64,000 bases of DNA from Balanoglossus misakiensis (Eukaryota; Animalia; Hemichordata). A program made the translations under genes and the position numbers. Under the pieces are notes generated by a model. It saw only the letters and a list, made by a program, of their open reading frames with translations. It did not search any database and had not been told where the DNA came from. Shown piece by piece: positions 13,224-25,000 of the stretch (the stretch's first letter is position 1; the number at the start of each line of letters is the position of its first letter). Location: contig CM082584.2 in assembly GCA_040954595.2 (NCBI GenBank), positions 3,317,344 to 3,381,343 on the forward strand, read 5' to 3'.

Positions 13224-15688
13224 TTAAAGCTGCAAGCAGCGTTGGCGGGGCACAAGCGGTTCCCATGGTGACCAGCAAATGCCACGGCTGTATCTGCTGG
13301 GGATACCAAGATATGGGAAAGTAGGTCAAAGGTCACCTGAGGTCACCCCAAATTTGGGCAAAAAAATTGGACCCCATACTAGTCTAGATCCAACAAAAAA
13401 CCAGACCCCTAGCCCTATTGGTTCGCCTGCAATTAGGTATGCACATAATTAATGAGGTCTTGTGTAAGACTCCATTATGTGCTCAATACCCATACAAGCC
13501 AGGGCTCTAACTGCTCTGGAGGCTGAAATATGGGAAAGTAGATCAAAGGTCACCCAAGGTCACCCAAAATTAGGGCATAAAATTTTGACCCCAGACTGGG
13601 CCATGTCCAACCAATACCAGACCTCTTGCCCTATTGGGTAGCATGGAATTAGATATGCAGAAAAATGATGTTTCAGAAATAGGTCAAAGGTCATTGCCAA
13701 AATTACCAAAATATTTGTGTCATGTCCTGGCAGCATTGGTACCCATGTCCACAAAATTCATGACTGTGGTGCTTTTACAAGAGGAGGTATGGGGAATATG
13801 CATATATAATTAGTTGTTTTAAAACTGGGTCAAAGGTCATGTGAAAATTGCCCCGAAAAATTGTGACAACTTCCGGTCATATGATGACTCATATCCAAAA
13901 ATAGAATTTCCGTGCTGTCAATATTTTGGCTACAAAACGGAATTTTCATTTTTCAATGGTTTTCCGAAAATCCAACATGGCCGCCATAATGATCGACCAA
14001 TCACAGTGCGCTTCGCAAACTTGATAGACATAGGTTAGGTGACCACATGCCCCAAATCCCGTGACTCGGCAATCGCTGGTTCTGGAGAAGAAGATTTTTA
14101 AAGTTTTAAGTAGTTTTTCAGAAAAACAATTGTAGCAAAAAAACTTTATGTGTGACGTCATGATTTCAATGGGGTAAAATGATGGACAGAAGGTAGGCTA
14201 CCTGCACACCAAATTTGAACTCGATCGGCCCAGTAGTTTTTGAGAAGGACTCGTTTAACGATTTTCAGGAAATCCAATATGGCCGCCAGGTCACGTGACT
14301 AATTAAATATTCACGAGCCACTGCACGTCTACTCATTGGCCCCTATCACCCTACCAAGTTTCAGCCCCCTAGGTGCTGCGGTTTTCCAGATCTACCTGGC
14401 CGAATTTCTCGGAAGAAGAAGAATAATAATAATAATAATTAAAGCTGCAAGCAGCATTGTCCGGGCCCAAGCTCTATTATCTGATCTGATGCTGATATAG
14501 TGTTAAGTAGGTCAAAGGTCACCCGAGGTGACCCAACATTTGGGCAAAATATTTTGACCCCATACTTGTCCATGTATAACAAAAACAAAACCTCTAGGTC
14601 TATTGGTTCATCTGTAATTAGGTATGTGCATATTTAATGAGGTCAGCAGAGGTCAAAGGGGTCATGAAAAGTAGCAAAATTTTTTGATCACATACGAATC
14701 CACATACATCAAAAACCAAAATGATAGCCTTAAAGGTTAGCCTGGAATTAGATATGCAGAAAAATGATGCGTCAAAAGTAGGTCAAAGGTCATTGCCAAA
14801 ATTACCAAAATATTTATAGCTTATTCTTGGCATATGATGATTCATATCCATACAAAGAATTTCTGTGCTATCAATTTTTAGGCTAGAAAGGGAATTTTTA
14901 CTTTTTAATCGTTTTTCACAAAATCCAATATGGCCGCCATAATCTTCGACCAATCACATTCCCCTTCGCAAACTTAATAGACATCTGTTTAATGACCACA
15001 CACACCAAATCTTGTGACTCGGTTATCGCCCGTTCTGGAGAAGAAGATTTTTGAAGTTTTACTATGGTTTTTCGAAAATCCAATATGGCCGCCATAATCT
15101 TCGACCAATCACAATGATCTTCGCAAACTTGATAGACATCTGTTAGGTGACCACATACCCCAAACGGCGTGACTCGGTTATCGCTGGTTCTGGAGAAGAA
15201 GATTTTTGAAATTTAAGCCAGATTTCAGAAAAAAAATTGTAGCAAAAAAACTGCAACATTGTCAGCATAATTTCCAATTACAAAAATGATGGGCAGAAGG
15301 TAGTCTACCAGCATGCCAAATTTGAAGTTGATCTGACTTGTAGTTTCTGAGATCTGAGATTTGCATTTTTTTAGAAAATCCAAGATGGCCGCCAGGTCAC
15401 GTGACTAATTAAAAATTCACAGGTTCAATGCACGACTACTCATTGACCTTGACCACTGTAGCAAGTTTCAGAAGTGTACCTGCAGCGGTGTCTGAGATCT
15501 AGAGCGACAAAGAATTGACACAAGAATAAAGAAAGAAAGAAAGAAAGAAGAAAGAAGGAAAGACAGAAAAACCCCAACGAAACCAATAGGGCCCAAGCGC
15601 TGGTATGCGCTTGGGCCCTAATAATAATAAAGAAGAAATATTCCAACAATACCAATAGGGGCACAAGCCCGATAGGCTTGTGCCCCTA
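13224..15688 (+). mobile_element. Helentron-type non-autonomous element (DINE/HINE-like), outer copy
   Basis: Head ttaaagctgcaagcagc plus subterminal ggggcacaagc; microsatellite; 3' hairpin taggggcacaagcc...ggcttgtgccccta at 15656-15688. Confidence 0.65.
14439..15620 (+). mobile_element. Helentron-type non-autonomous element nested in the (AAT)n tract of the outer copy
   Basis: Same head plus gggcccaagc; internal ~135-bp tandem duplication; 3' hairpin tagggcccaagcgc-tggtat-gcgcttgggcccta at 15587-15620. Confidence 0.65.
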
Positions 15689-17171
15689 ATCATTAACATG
15701 ACAATTGTGGGTACTGCTGCCACTACTTTCCTCTTATTTCTCGGAAAACATTTTCTCACACTCCTGGCATGCTGAGAGTGTGGGATCAGAGAGTGAGAAC
15801 AAATCAATCTCACACTCTCACTGAATCGAAAGCTGTATATGATGCGAGCAATGATTGGATGACAAAGCGTTCTTATGCAATGGCGCGATGTGCATTATAG
15901 GGACAGAGACTACAACGTGCCCAAACGACAGTTTGTTCAATGTTTTAATATGAATTTGGCTAATTTGTGACCGTGTGAGACATATAATCTCATACACCAG
16001 GGACCTGGGATCATATCTCACGCTTGTTGAGTATTTTTTGTCCCACACTCGCATGTGGCTTGTGTTGGACAGTAATCCCCAACTCGTGTGAGAAATATGA
16101 TCCCAAGTCCTTTGGAGTGTGAGAGTCTGTTAATCTCCAACATGTGAGTGACATTACTTTTTAAGGGGCATTGGTTCCCCTTTGATTAATTGCTATCGGG
16201 TGCCAACATGTCAATAGAGGGTGAATGATTGCATGCTCATTGCTTAGTAGATATTTTTTAGCGTCAGTCGCTGTGGCTTACTCAGGAAAGGTATATTATA
16301 TATTAATACACATTCAGGCAAAAAATGCCATAAGCTTTGTGTTCATATCCCAACCAGACAGTATTGTTAATTAATGTTAATGTTGTCTGTTCTTGGCTAT
16401 TCGTAGAAATTTCAGGAATTGTTCAGACTGTTTCAGGAAAAATATCAACATTCCCCCCAAAAATTTCTTAGGTCAGTATATTTGCAAGAAAAACATGTTA
16501 AACTTTGGCCTTGGAGTACCGGGTAGAATGATGTATCATGAGTTCAGACACAGACAAAGAGAAAGAACAGACTAGCAACGCTGCATGTCCCTTTGATGTC
16601 TTGTTCACCTCTGCAAACAACGGCAAACAATAGGCTTCAAATGTGTCAAATGTGTCAGACACCGCAGAGATTTCCCAGAATGCTTTGTCGTTGCGTCATT
16701 ATTGACAGCTGCAGTACCTTGCCTGACACAGCTTTGCACTCAGGACTCGACTGAAACACTACTTCACGACGACCAAACTGCACACGTTAGAAGTCGAATT
16801 TGCACTTACAACCCGTGCAGGTTTACAAAACACGATTCGGCGAACCGGAATCTATTTAAAAAATCGAGATTGATGATTAAACCTTTTCACATTTACTCGA
16901 ACACACTTACTATATATTCAAATTTTTTATATTAAAATGGTCAAACTCATCTCTCCGATGCTCAAACTTCCTCAAATTTTCGCTGTCCACTCACCTTCCG
17001 TCTACAGCTGACTGACAACAACAACACGAACTTTTACGAAAACCCTTTCATTTTATAATCGAGAAAAATCCGGACATTGCCGAAGTGGATACGTTCGGAA
17101 ATCTTCGGTGACAAGCTGCACCTTGAAGGCGAGCCGAGGCATGCACACACTGCATGAAAAGTTGTGTTTAA

Positions 17172-17676
17172 AGGCACGTAAGCTGTAACTTTTGGGATAA
17201 TTTTCATAATTTTTGTTTCAAACTGAACTACCATTAGTCCATGCAGATGAAGGCAGTGAACTATACACAAGCATTATAAACCCTAAATATGAGTGCATAT
17301 GCAAGTTTTAACCAGATAAATAATAAAGCTTTGCCGCAAGCGATTATGGCCGCCACCGTGGGAAAATGCAAGAAACAATGAAAATGTTGCATTTCCGGTT
17401 GTGAAACTTCATAAACAAAACATGATCTCATCCACTTGAGCTCATGGATGTAAATGTACACCACTGAGACATCAGATTTTCATTTTTCATTGCAATATTG
17501 CACTTTTTTTTAAAATTGCAGGAATTTTCGTTTTTCTTTAATTGTTGGCAATTTTGTCATAAATAAGTGTTGAGCTTGATATATTATCATGAAATATCAT
17601 TAAATAGACATAATTAAAAGCATATATGAGATTAATAAAAACTTTATTTTTTTATCCAGTTGCAGCTTACGTGCCT
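17172..17676. mobile_element. Kolobok-type MITE (TTAA TSD)
   Basis: TTAA|AGGCACGTAAGCTGTAACT ... AGTTGCAGCTTACGTGCCT|TTAA. Confidence 0.8.
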
Positions 17677-17725
17677 TTAAGGCAGACCTATGGAAAGCCA
17701 TAACTGCCTTAAGTGAACTGAACTC

Positions 17726-19190
17726 ATGTTCTCTTGTGTATTTAACATGTTGTCTTGTACATTTAATATGTTGTCTTGTGTATTTAACATGTTTTCTTGT
17801 GCATTTAACATGTTTTCTTGTGCATTTAACATGTTGTCTTGTGCATTTCATATATGGTCCTGCGCATTTAACATGTTGTCTTGTGCATTTTATATTGTCT
17901 TGTCCATTTAACATGTTGTCTTGTGCATTCATATACGCTGTCTTGTACATTTAACATGTTGTCCTGTGCATTTCTATATGTTGTCTTGTCCATTCATATA
18001 CGTTGTCTTGTGCATTTCTATATGTTGTCTTGTGTATTTCTATATGTTGTCGTGTGACTTTATTATGTTGTCCTGTTCATTTTTATATGTTGTCTTGTCC
18101 ATTTATATACGTTGTCTTGTGTATTTCTATATGTTGTCTTGTGCATTTCTATATGTTGTCGTGTGACTTTATTATGTTGTCCTGTTCATTTCTATATGTT
18201 GTCTTGTCCATTTATATACGTTGTCTTGTGCATTTCTATATGTTGTCTTGTGCATTTCTATATGTTGTCGTGTGACTTTAATATGTTGTCCTGTTCATTT
18301 CTATATGTTGTCTTGTCCATTCATATATGTTGTGGTGTGACTTTAACATGTTTTCCTGTGCATTTCTATATGTTGTCTTGTTTATTTATATACGTTGTCT
18401 TGTGCATTTCTATATGTTGTCTTGTCCATTCATATATGTTGTGGTGTGCCTTTAATATGTTGTCCTGTTCATTTCTATATGTTGTCTTGTTTATTTATAT
18501 ACGTTGTCTTGTGCATTTCTATATGTTGTCTTGTCCATTCATATATGTTGTGGTGTGACTTTAACATGTTGTCCTGTTCATTTCTATATGTTGTCTTGTC
18601 CATTTATATACGTTGTCTTGTGCATTTCTATATGTTGTCTTGTCCATTTCTATATGTTGTCTTGTGCATTTCTATATGTTGTCGTGTGACTTTAATATGT
18701 TGTCCTGTTCATTTCTATATGTTGTCTTGTTTATTTATATACGTTGTCTTGTGCATTTCTATATGTTGTCTTGTCCATTCATATATGTTGTGGTGTGCCT
18801 TTAACATGTTGTCCTGTTCATTTCTATATGTTGTCTTGTCCATTCATATACGTTGTCTTGTCCATTCATATACATTGTCTTGTACATTTCTATATGTTGT
18901 GGTGTGCCTTTAACATGTTGTCTTGTTCATTTCTATATGTTGTCTTGTCCATTCATATATGTTGTGGTGTGCCTTTAACATGTTGTCCTGTTCATTTCTA
19001 TATGTTGTCTTGTCCATTCATATACGTTGTCTTGTCCATTCATATACATTGTCTTGTACATTTCTATATGTTTTTGTGTGCCTTTAACATGTTTTCCTGT
19101 GCATTTCTATATGTTGTCTTGTCCATTTATATACGTTGTCTTGTGCATTTCTATATGTTGTCTTGTCCATTCATATACGTTGTCTTGTGC
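17726..19190. repeat. Subterminal minisatellite of copy A, ~21-22-bp unit (catttctatatgttgtcttgtg), ~109-bp higher-order period
   Basis: Directly visible; repeat-derived ORFs recur at 109-bp spacing (18003/18112; 18395/18504/18613). Confidence 0.95.
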
Positions 19191-19303
19191 TTGTGGTGTT
19201 TTATAATGATTATCAAAGTATATACCATAATGCAACAGTATGAGCATGCTCAGTAGATTTTTTACATAATAACACGCAAGAAAGATAGCGTTGAAGAGGT
19301 ATC

Positions 19304-20662
19304 ATGGCATCTATGAGAGACATTCTAGAAAGTCTACAAATGGGGAATCTCAGTGACAACTTTGAGAGTGAAAAGGTAACACCAGAATTAGTGTGTAAAC
19401 TTTCTGTGCCAGAACTGGAGGAGCTTGGTCTTCAAAACAGGGCAGACATGATGGCATTACGTATTGCGTGCACCACAAGTGGAGGGGAAACTCCAACAAA
19501 AGCCCATGGATTATATGGTGGTGCTCCAGAATTTGTCATTCCCAAATGCATCTTAGAACATTTTTTTGATGAAGGATTCACAGTTACTGAAGTGGCATCT
19601 ATGGTATCTGTTTCGGAGCGTACTATTTACCGCAGAATGATGCATTATGGGCTGAGTAAGATGAATTTCTCTGATATCTCTGATGGTGACCTGGATGATA
19701 ATGTACAGCAACTGACAGTGGAATTCCCTTATTGTGGTGAAAATATGATCAAGTATATGTTGCAAGAAAAGGGAATTAAAGTCCAACGGATGAGGCTCCG
19801 TGATAGTATCCACAGGGTAGATGCTGAGGGTGTTAATTCCAGAAGAAAAGGTCGTTTACAAAGACGTGTCTACAATGTGAAGGGACCAAATCACTTATGG
19901 CATATTGATACCAACCATAAGTTAATTAGATGGCATTTTGTGATATTTGGGGGCATTGATGGCTTCAGTAGACTACCTGTCATCCTATCCTGCAGCAACA
20001 ACAATAAGGCACCCACATTGCTGGAATACTTCAAGTCCAGTGTTGAGAATTTTGGTCTTCCCAGTCGTGTAAGGTCTGACATGGGTCGTGAAAATATACT
20101 GATAGCTGAGTATATGATTGAGAGACGGGGACCCAACAGGGGAAGCATGATTACAGGCAAAAGTGTGCATAATCAGAGGATTGAGCGATTATGGAAAGAT
20201 GTGTATGAAGGTGTTCTGAGCCTTTACTACCAACTATTTTACTTCATGGAAGAAAGAGGTGTACTTGACCCACTGAATGTACTGCACATTGCAGCTCTTC
20301 ACTATGTGTTCATGCCTAAAATAAATGAAAAGTTAGAAATCTGGAGGAAAGCTTGGGCTCGACATCGTATGCGTACAACAAAGACATCACCTCTGCGTTT
20401 GTGGATATCTGGACAGATGAATGATCCAGTTGGTATTGATGACTCTGACATTGGTTTGTATGGAGTAGAGGGTGTCATCAATGATGATTCAGAGGAGACA
20501 GACTCGCGACCAATCATCGAGCCACCATCATTTCAAATGGGTCAACAGTGTATGGATGCACTATCTCAGCACATATTACCAAACTGGACATCAGACAACT
20601 ATGGCATTGACATTAATAATATAGCAGTTCAAATCATACAGGACAATGCTGATCAAAATTAG
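19304..20662 (+). CDS. DDE transposase (IS3/IS481-like integrase core) with N-terminal SAM-like domain and HTH, 452 aa
   Basis: Intact [26 protein letters not shown] and HNQRIERLW give a D..D34E triad. [25 protein letters not shown] pattern [37 protein letters not shown]. Confidence 0.93.
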   Translation: MASMRDILESLQMGNLSDNFESEKVTPELVCKLSVPELEELGLQNRADMMALRIACTTSGGETPTKAHGLYGGAPEFVIPKCILEHFFDEGFTVTEVASMVSVSERTIYRRMMHYGLSKMNFSDISDGDLDDNVQQLTVEFPYCGENMIKYMLQEKGIKVQRMRLRDSIHRVDAEGVNSRRKGRLQRRVYNVKGPNHLWHIDTNHKLIRWHFVIFGGIDGFSRLPVILSCSNNNKAPTLLEYFKSSVENFGLPSRVRSDMGRENILIAEYMIERRGPNRGSMITGKSVHNQRIERLWKDVYEGVLSLYYQLFYFMEERGVLDPLNVLHIAALHYVFMPKINEKLEIWRKAWARHRMRTTKTSPLRLWISGQMNDPVGIDDSDIGLYGVEGVINDDSEETDSRPIIEPPSFQMGQQCMDALSQHILPNWTSDNYGIDINNIAVQIIQDNADQN

Positions 20663-21432
20663 TCAATAATTTTCAAAGTGCTTAAGTCGCACATATTTGA
20701 CGGATTAAAAGAAATGACAATACTTTCAATTTTACTGATCATGTGGATTTTTGGTTTCTCATTTGTATGTACATGTATAATGACAATCTGTAAAAAATAT
20801 AGGGGTCACCACGCTTGTTATCGAAATACAAGGCCGCGAATTTAGTCCCTAATGCTACGGAAAAAGATGAATACATGCAGTTTTTCAGTTTGTTGTGCAT
20901 ACATCATTAAGAGCATTTGTACACAGAGCAGTAAAAGTTTTAAATAATATACCTTCACAGGCGAAACTGTCCCAATACTTTTGTTTCACTCATTTCACTC
21001 TTTCCGATACTATTGTTTTTTCTTATTACAGTCTCTAATGAATATGCTATCATTTCTTCACATTTGGGAATAAAACAGCTTTAAGTACACATTTTTAATA
21101 GAGAACAATGACAACTTTATTGACCATTAAATCATGACCGAAAAAAGAAACTGAACATCTCAGACAGTAAACATTTACCAACAGCTAACAGATTCTACTA
21201 TATTGTATTATATTCTTTCTACTTTAGACTGATATTGATTTTCATCTGTCAGCCAAATCAGTATTACCGGTAAGATGTATGTTTAATAGATTAAAATGAA
21301 ATAACATGATACATACCATGGTCACACTGGTAAAAATGTGAAACGTTTCATATGGGGTCACACATACACCATTAAGACGTTTCAGAAACATCTCAGATCA
21401 AATACTGGCGTAAATTATGCGTAAACGGTTTA

Positions 21433-21777
21433 AAGGGACAAAGTCTCTCTCTCGCTGCCCTATTCCCATTATGTTTAATACAAGACACTGTTTATGTTAA
21501 TGTAGTAAATGTGGATATATAATCAACGTTCAACCACACACACCTTCCATCTCACTTGTAGACACGAGAGTGAAAAAAACTCGCCAAATGAATAATTGTT
21601 CTCAACCATTTTTTTCATTTTGAGCGAGTTTTTACTCTCATATCATACAAGCAGAATGGAAGGTGTGTGTGGTTGAACAGTCATTCACTACATATACACA
21701 TGTATATTAACATAAACAGTGTCTTGTATCAAACATAATGCAAACAGGGCAGTTAGAGAGATAGGCCGTGCACATTA
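21433..21777. mobile_element. Palindromic Kolobok-type MITE (AGGGACAAAGTCTCTCTC family); ends approximate
   Basis: TTAA-AGGGACAAAG head with inverted halves; related pieces at ~22345-22564, ~24683 and ~42395-42600. Confidence 0.6.
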
Positions 21778-22074
21778 ATAAAAAAATGGTGTCAAGGACA
21801 CTGTGGTCCCATTTGAGGATTACGCAGAAATAGGTAAGTATACACCAGATGATCAAAAGGTGTAACCTCACACATGGTAAAATTTGAGACACTATTTGTG
21901 AACACAGGGTAAAATTTGCCTATGGTAAACAGAGAACATAAATCCTTACAGTTTCCTTGTGTCCACACAAGCAAAGTTTATGTATAGGCGCTGAGCCTCG
22001 GGGGCCCCATAGACAATGGGTTGAGGAGAGGTGTTAATCCTTACACTGGCTCAGGTCTGAGAAATGAGTGCATA

Positions 22075-25000
22075 TCAAACATTACCAAAAAACCTATTGG
22101 AAAAAGCTAAATCATACAATGCAAACAATTGTGCTGCCGATGGTACTGGATGTGCAGCTGTTGGTCTCGGCAATGATAATAAATTTATACATGTGTTTGC
22201 AGTCGGCAAAAACGACTGCTGCACGGGAACAAATGTTATTGCCGGACTTATGCAGAAACCGAGCACTGGCTCTTCTTCAGCCCCTGTCACAAACTGGAGG
22301 ATATCAGTAAGAGTGACAGATCCTCTTCTCCCACCTGAAACAGATTAAAGACAAGAGTAAAAAAACTCACCAAAATAAATAATCGGTCTCTACCATTTAT
22401 TCATTTTGGGCAAATTTTTACTCTCATATCATACAAGCGGAATGGAAGGTGTGGTTAAGGTTGAACGTTGATTCACTATATATCCACATGTACATTAACA
22501 TAAACGGTATCTTGTATCAAACATAATAAATAGGAAAAGGACCGGGAGAGAGACTATTGTCCCTTTAATGATTATGATTGGGGATAGGATACATATGATA
22601 CACAGCTAAAGATTGACAGACCTGCACCAGGTTTGTCACATGCATACATCATACCTGACAGGACAGGTCTGCTGCAGGTCTGAGAGGACATACATGGTGC
22701 AGGTCTAACAGGTCTGACCCGCACCAGGTCTGATCCAGCAGACTGCTGCAGGTTTGCGTCCATATCGCTGCACATGACCTGTTGGTCAGACATGCACCAG
22801 ACCTGGTAAAATTTAGTTGTGTTGTACCCATGGAATGTTAATTTTCAAAAGCAGTTTCTGTATACATATAATTCAAACTGTCACTAAAGTGCAAAAGACA
22901 GGTGGCAATGAATTGATTAGGGTGCAGTACAAGTAATTGAGATATCTGGCTCAAATTTGTCACAATGCAAGCTGTCGTATTGCTCTTTTAAATTAAGTGT
23001 GTCTCTGAATTTCTTGGAAGATTTTGTCATAAAAATAATTTTAGAAGGTTTAAATATCCAAGACAACCTTTGGAAAATCATGAGTAAAGCTTGTACTCAC
23101 ACAAATTTGTGGCATTGCAACACAACATAGGCAAAAACTTACTTTTGAAGCATTATGCAAATTACCTTTCATGTGATAGTCATGTAAACAATGGTGACAG
23201 TCTGGTAACCACAATTTCTTAGCAAATATATAATTTATGGGGGTTCTGAGCTCATTAACCATTAAGGAATTGTTAGATTAAAAATGTCAATACATGTACT
23301 TGAGTTTTGAGATTCTCGCAAGACATACGAAAACGAGTCTGAGGGTGAGCATGTACTGTGCACACAGACCGAGATTACACGTTCGGTGACTGATAAGTTT
23401 ATTAATATCCATACACTTTCTCGTTCCATGACGCCCGTGGTCGAATTAGCTGCTTTCACTATCACTCTGACAGCGAACAACCCGCCATGTGTTGTTGACC
23501 CTCAGCCTTGTTTTGAACTATTCTCACGCCTTGTTCGAGAATCTCGTTCCGGATCTCAAGAACAGAGTATTCCTTGTACTGCACCCAATCCTAACGATGC
23601 CAAGTCAGTTGAAAGGGGTTTGATTTCCAGTGTGCGTAGAATTCTGGCACCCAGGCCTGTTAGGCTGCCAAATTTGCAAAATTTAATCTTGGATATGCAG
23701 GAAACACAACACAACACATCCATATACAATCAAAATGTTCAACTTACTTGCGACTTCACGTAGGTATTTGATAAATACTGCATACACTTCACCCTCAAAG
23801 CGTCTGTTATTAGAACCTGCATCTGCGAACTCCGGTACCAGTAGGGATTTGATTTTATTCATCGTCAATGTACTGGCTGTATTTTGTTGGAATAGGTATT
23901 GAAACACAGGTAGGTCCAAACATAACTGGTAATGCAAAGAAAACCAATGATGACATAGTCCTTGCTGCTTCAATGTTGTTAAAATCTTTGGTACTCCATT
24001 ATTATTATTATTGAAAAATAATGATGACTTTGTACATAACAATTGTACACAGATCATCACAGATCGAATGCCATTAACAAATAATTTCATACCAAGTTTA
24101 GATGACAATAATCTAAGAATTGGCATTGCAGTACAACTGAATTGTGACACATTTAGTCATTTGTTTTCTGAAGTAACATTTGGAAATATTGCAATGTGCA
24201 TCAGAGCAAATTACTAGGGTATTACTGATAGATATGGCAGAGGAAATCTTCCTGTTTCAGTGGACCTACCTGATATATCCCTAAAGTGCTCAATCCATCC
24301 TTCAGCTTCATGATACATAATGGTATCTCTTCACCTTCAGAACCTTTAAACAACCATCGTAGTACATCTTCACTCAAAAACTGAGCTAGCTTTCCGTTCT
24401 GTATCATACTTAGAGCTGTAAGAAAAACTTATTATCATTACTCGTTTTATCTTTAAAGAAAGAATTACAGGAGTTTTACCATACCATCCACTTGTCAGCA
24501 TAATTCTAATCTGCTCCTTGCAGTCATATATTTCTGTGAATATGGAAAGGCTTTTATTTTTAGACTTGAGGTGTTCGGCACCCCGAAATCGCTGACTTCT
24601 GAACATTTAATCTTGGGAATAAAAATTGGAGGTCAACCTGCTAGATTTTTGGAAAAAGCACCCTCTATCTAGCACCTCTTTAAAGGGACAAAGTCTCTCT
24701 CTCGCTGCCCTTTTTCCATTACCTTTAAGTTTTTGCTAGTCTTTGTAGATCTTTGTGAAACGGCTTCACAAAGAAGTTTTTTTGGAAGGTCATCATATTT
24801 TTTACCATTATAGAATCTAATCTAAATGAATGTTTTATTTTTAGTAATTTTGAGATTTCATCTTGTTCAGTATGATAATCACATATCAATACAACTACGG
24901 TATTAAATTAAACACAGATTTGCCTAAAAATCTACTTTTATGTAATTTTTTACCATTTCTAGATAAACTTTTTTAAACCTGGTAGATCCTTGTTTGAAAT

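Noticed and set aside
17600-19256. Many overlapping Cys/His/Tyr-rich ORFs; superficially CRISPR-like array
   Set aside because: Translations of the minisatellite; there are no unique spacers and the context is eukaryotic.
19304-20662. Bacterial IS3/IS481 contamination or retroviral integrase
   Set aside because: The partner gene has spliceosomal introns, the ends are TIRs with minisatellites, and there is no gag, RT or LTR.
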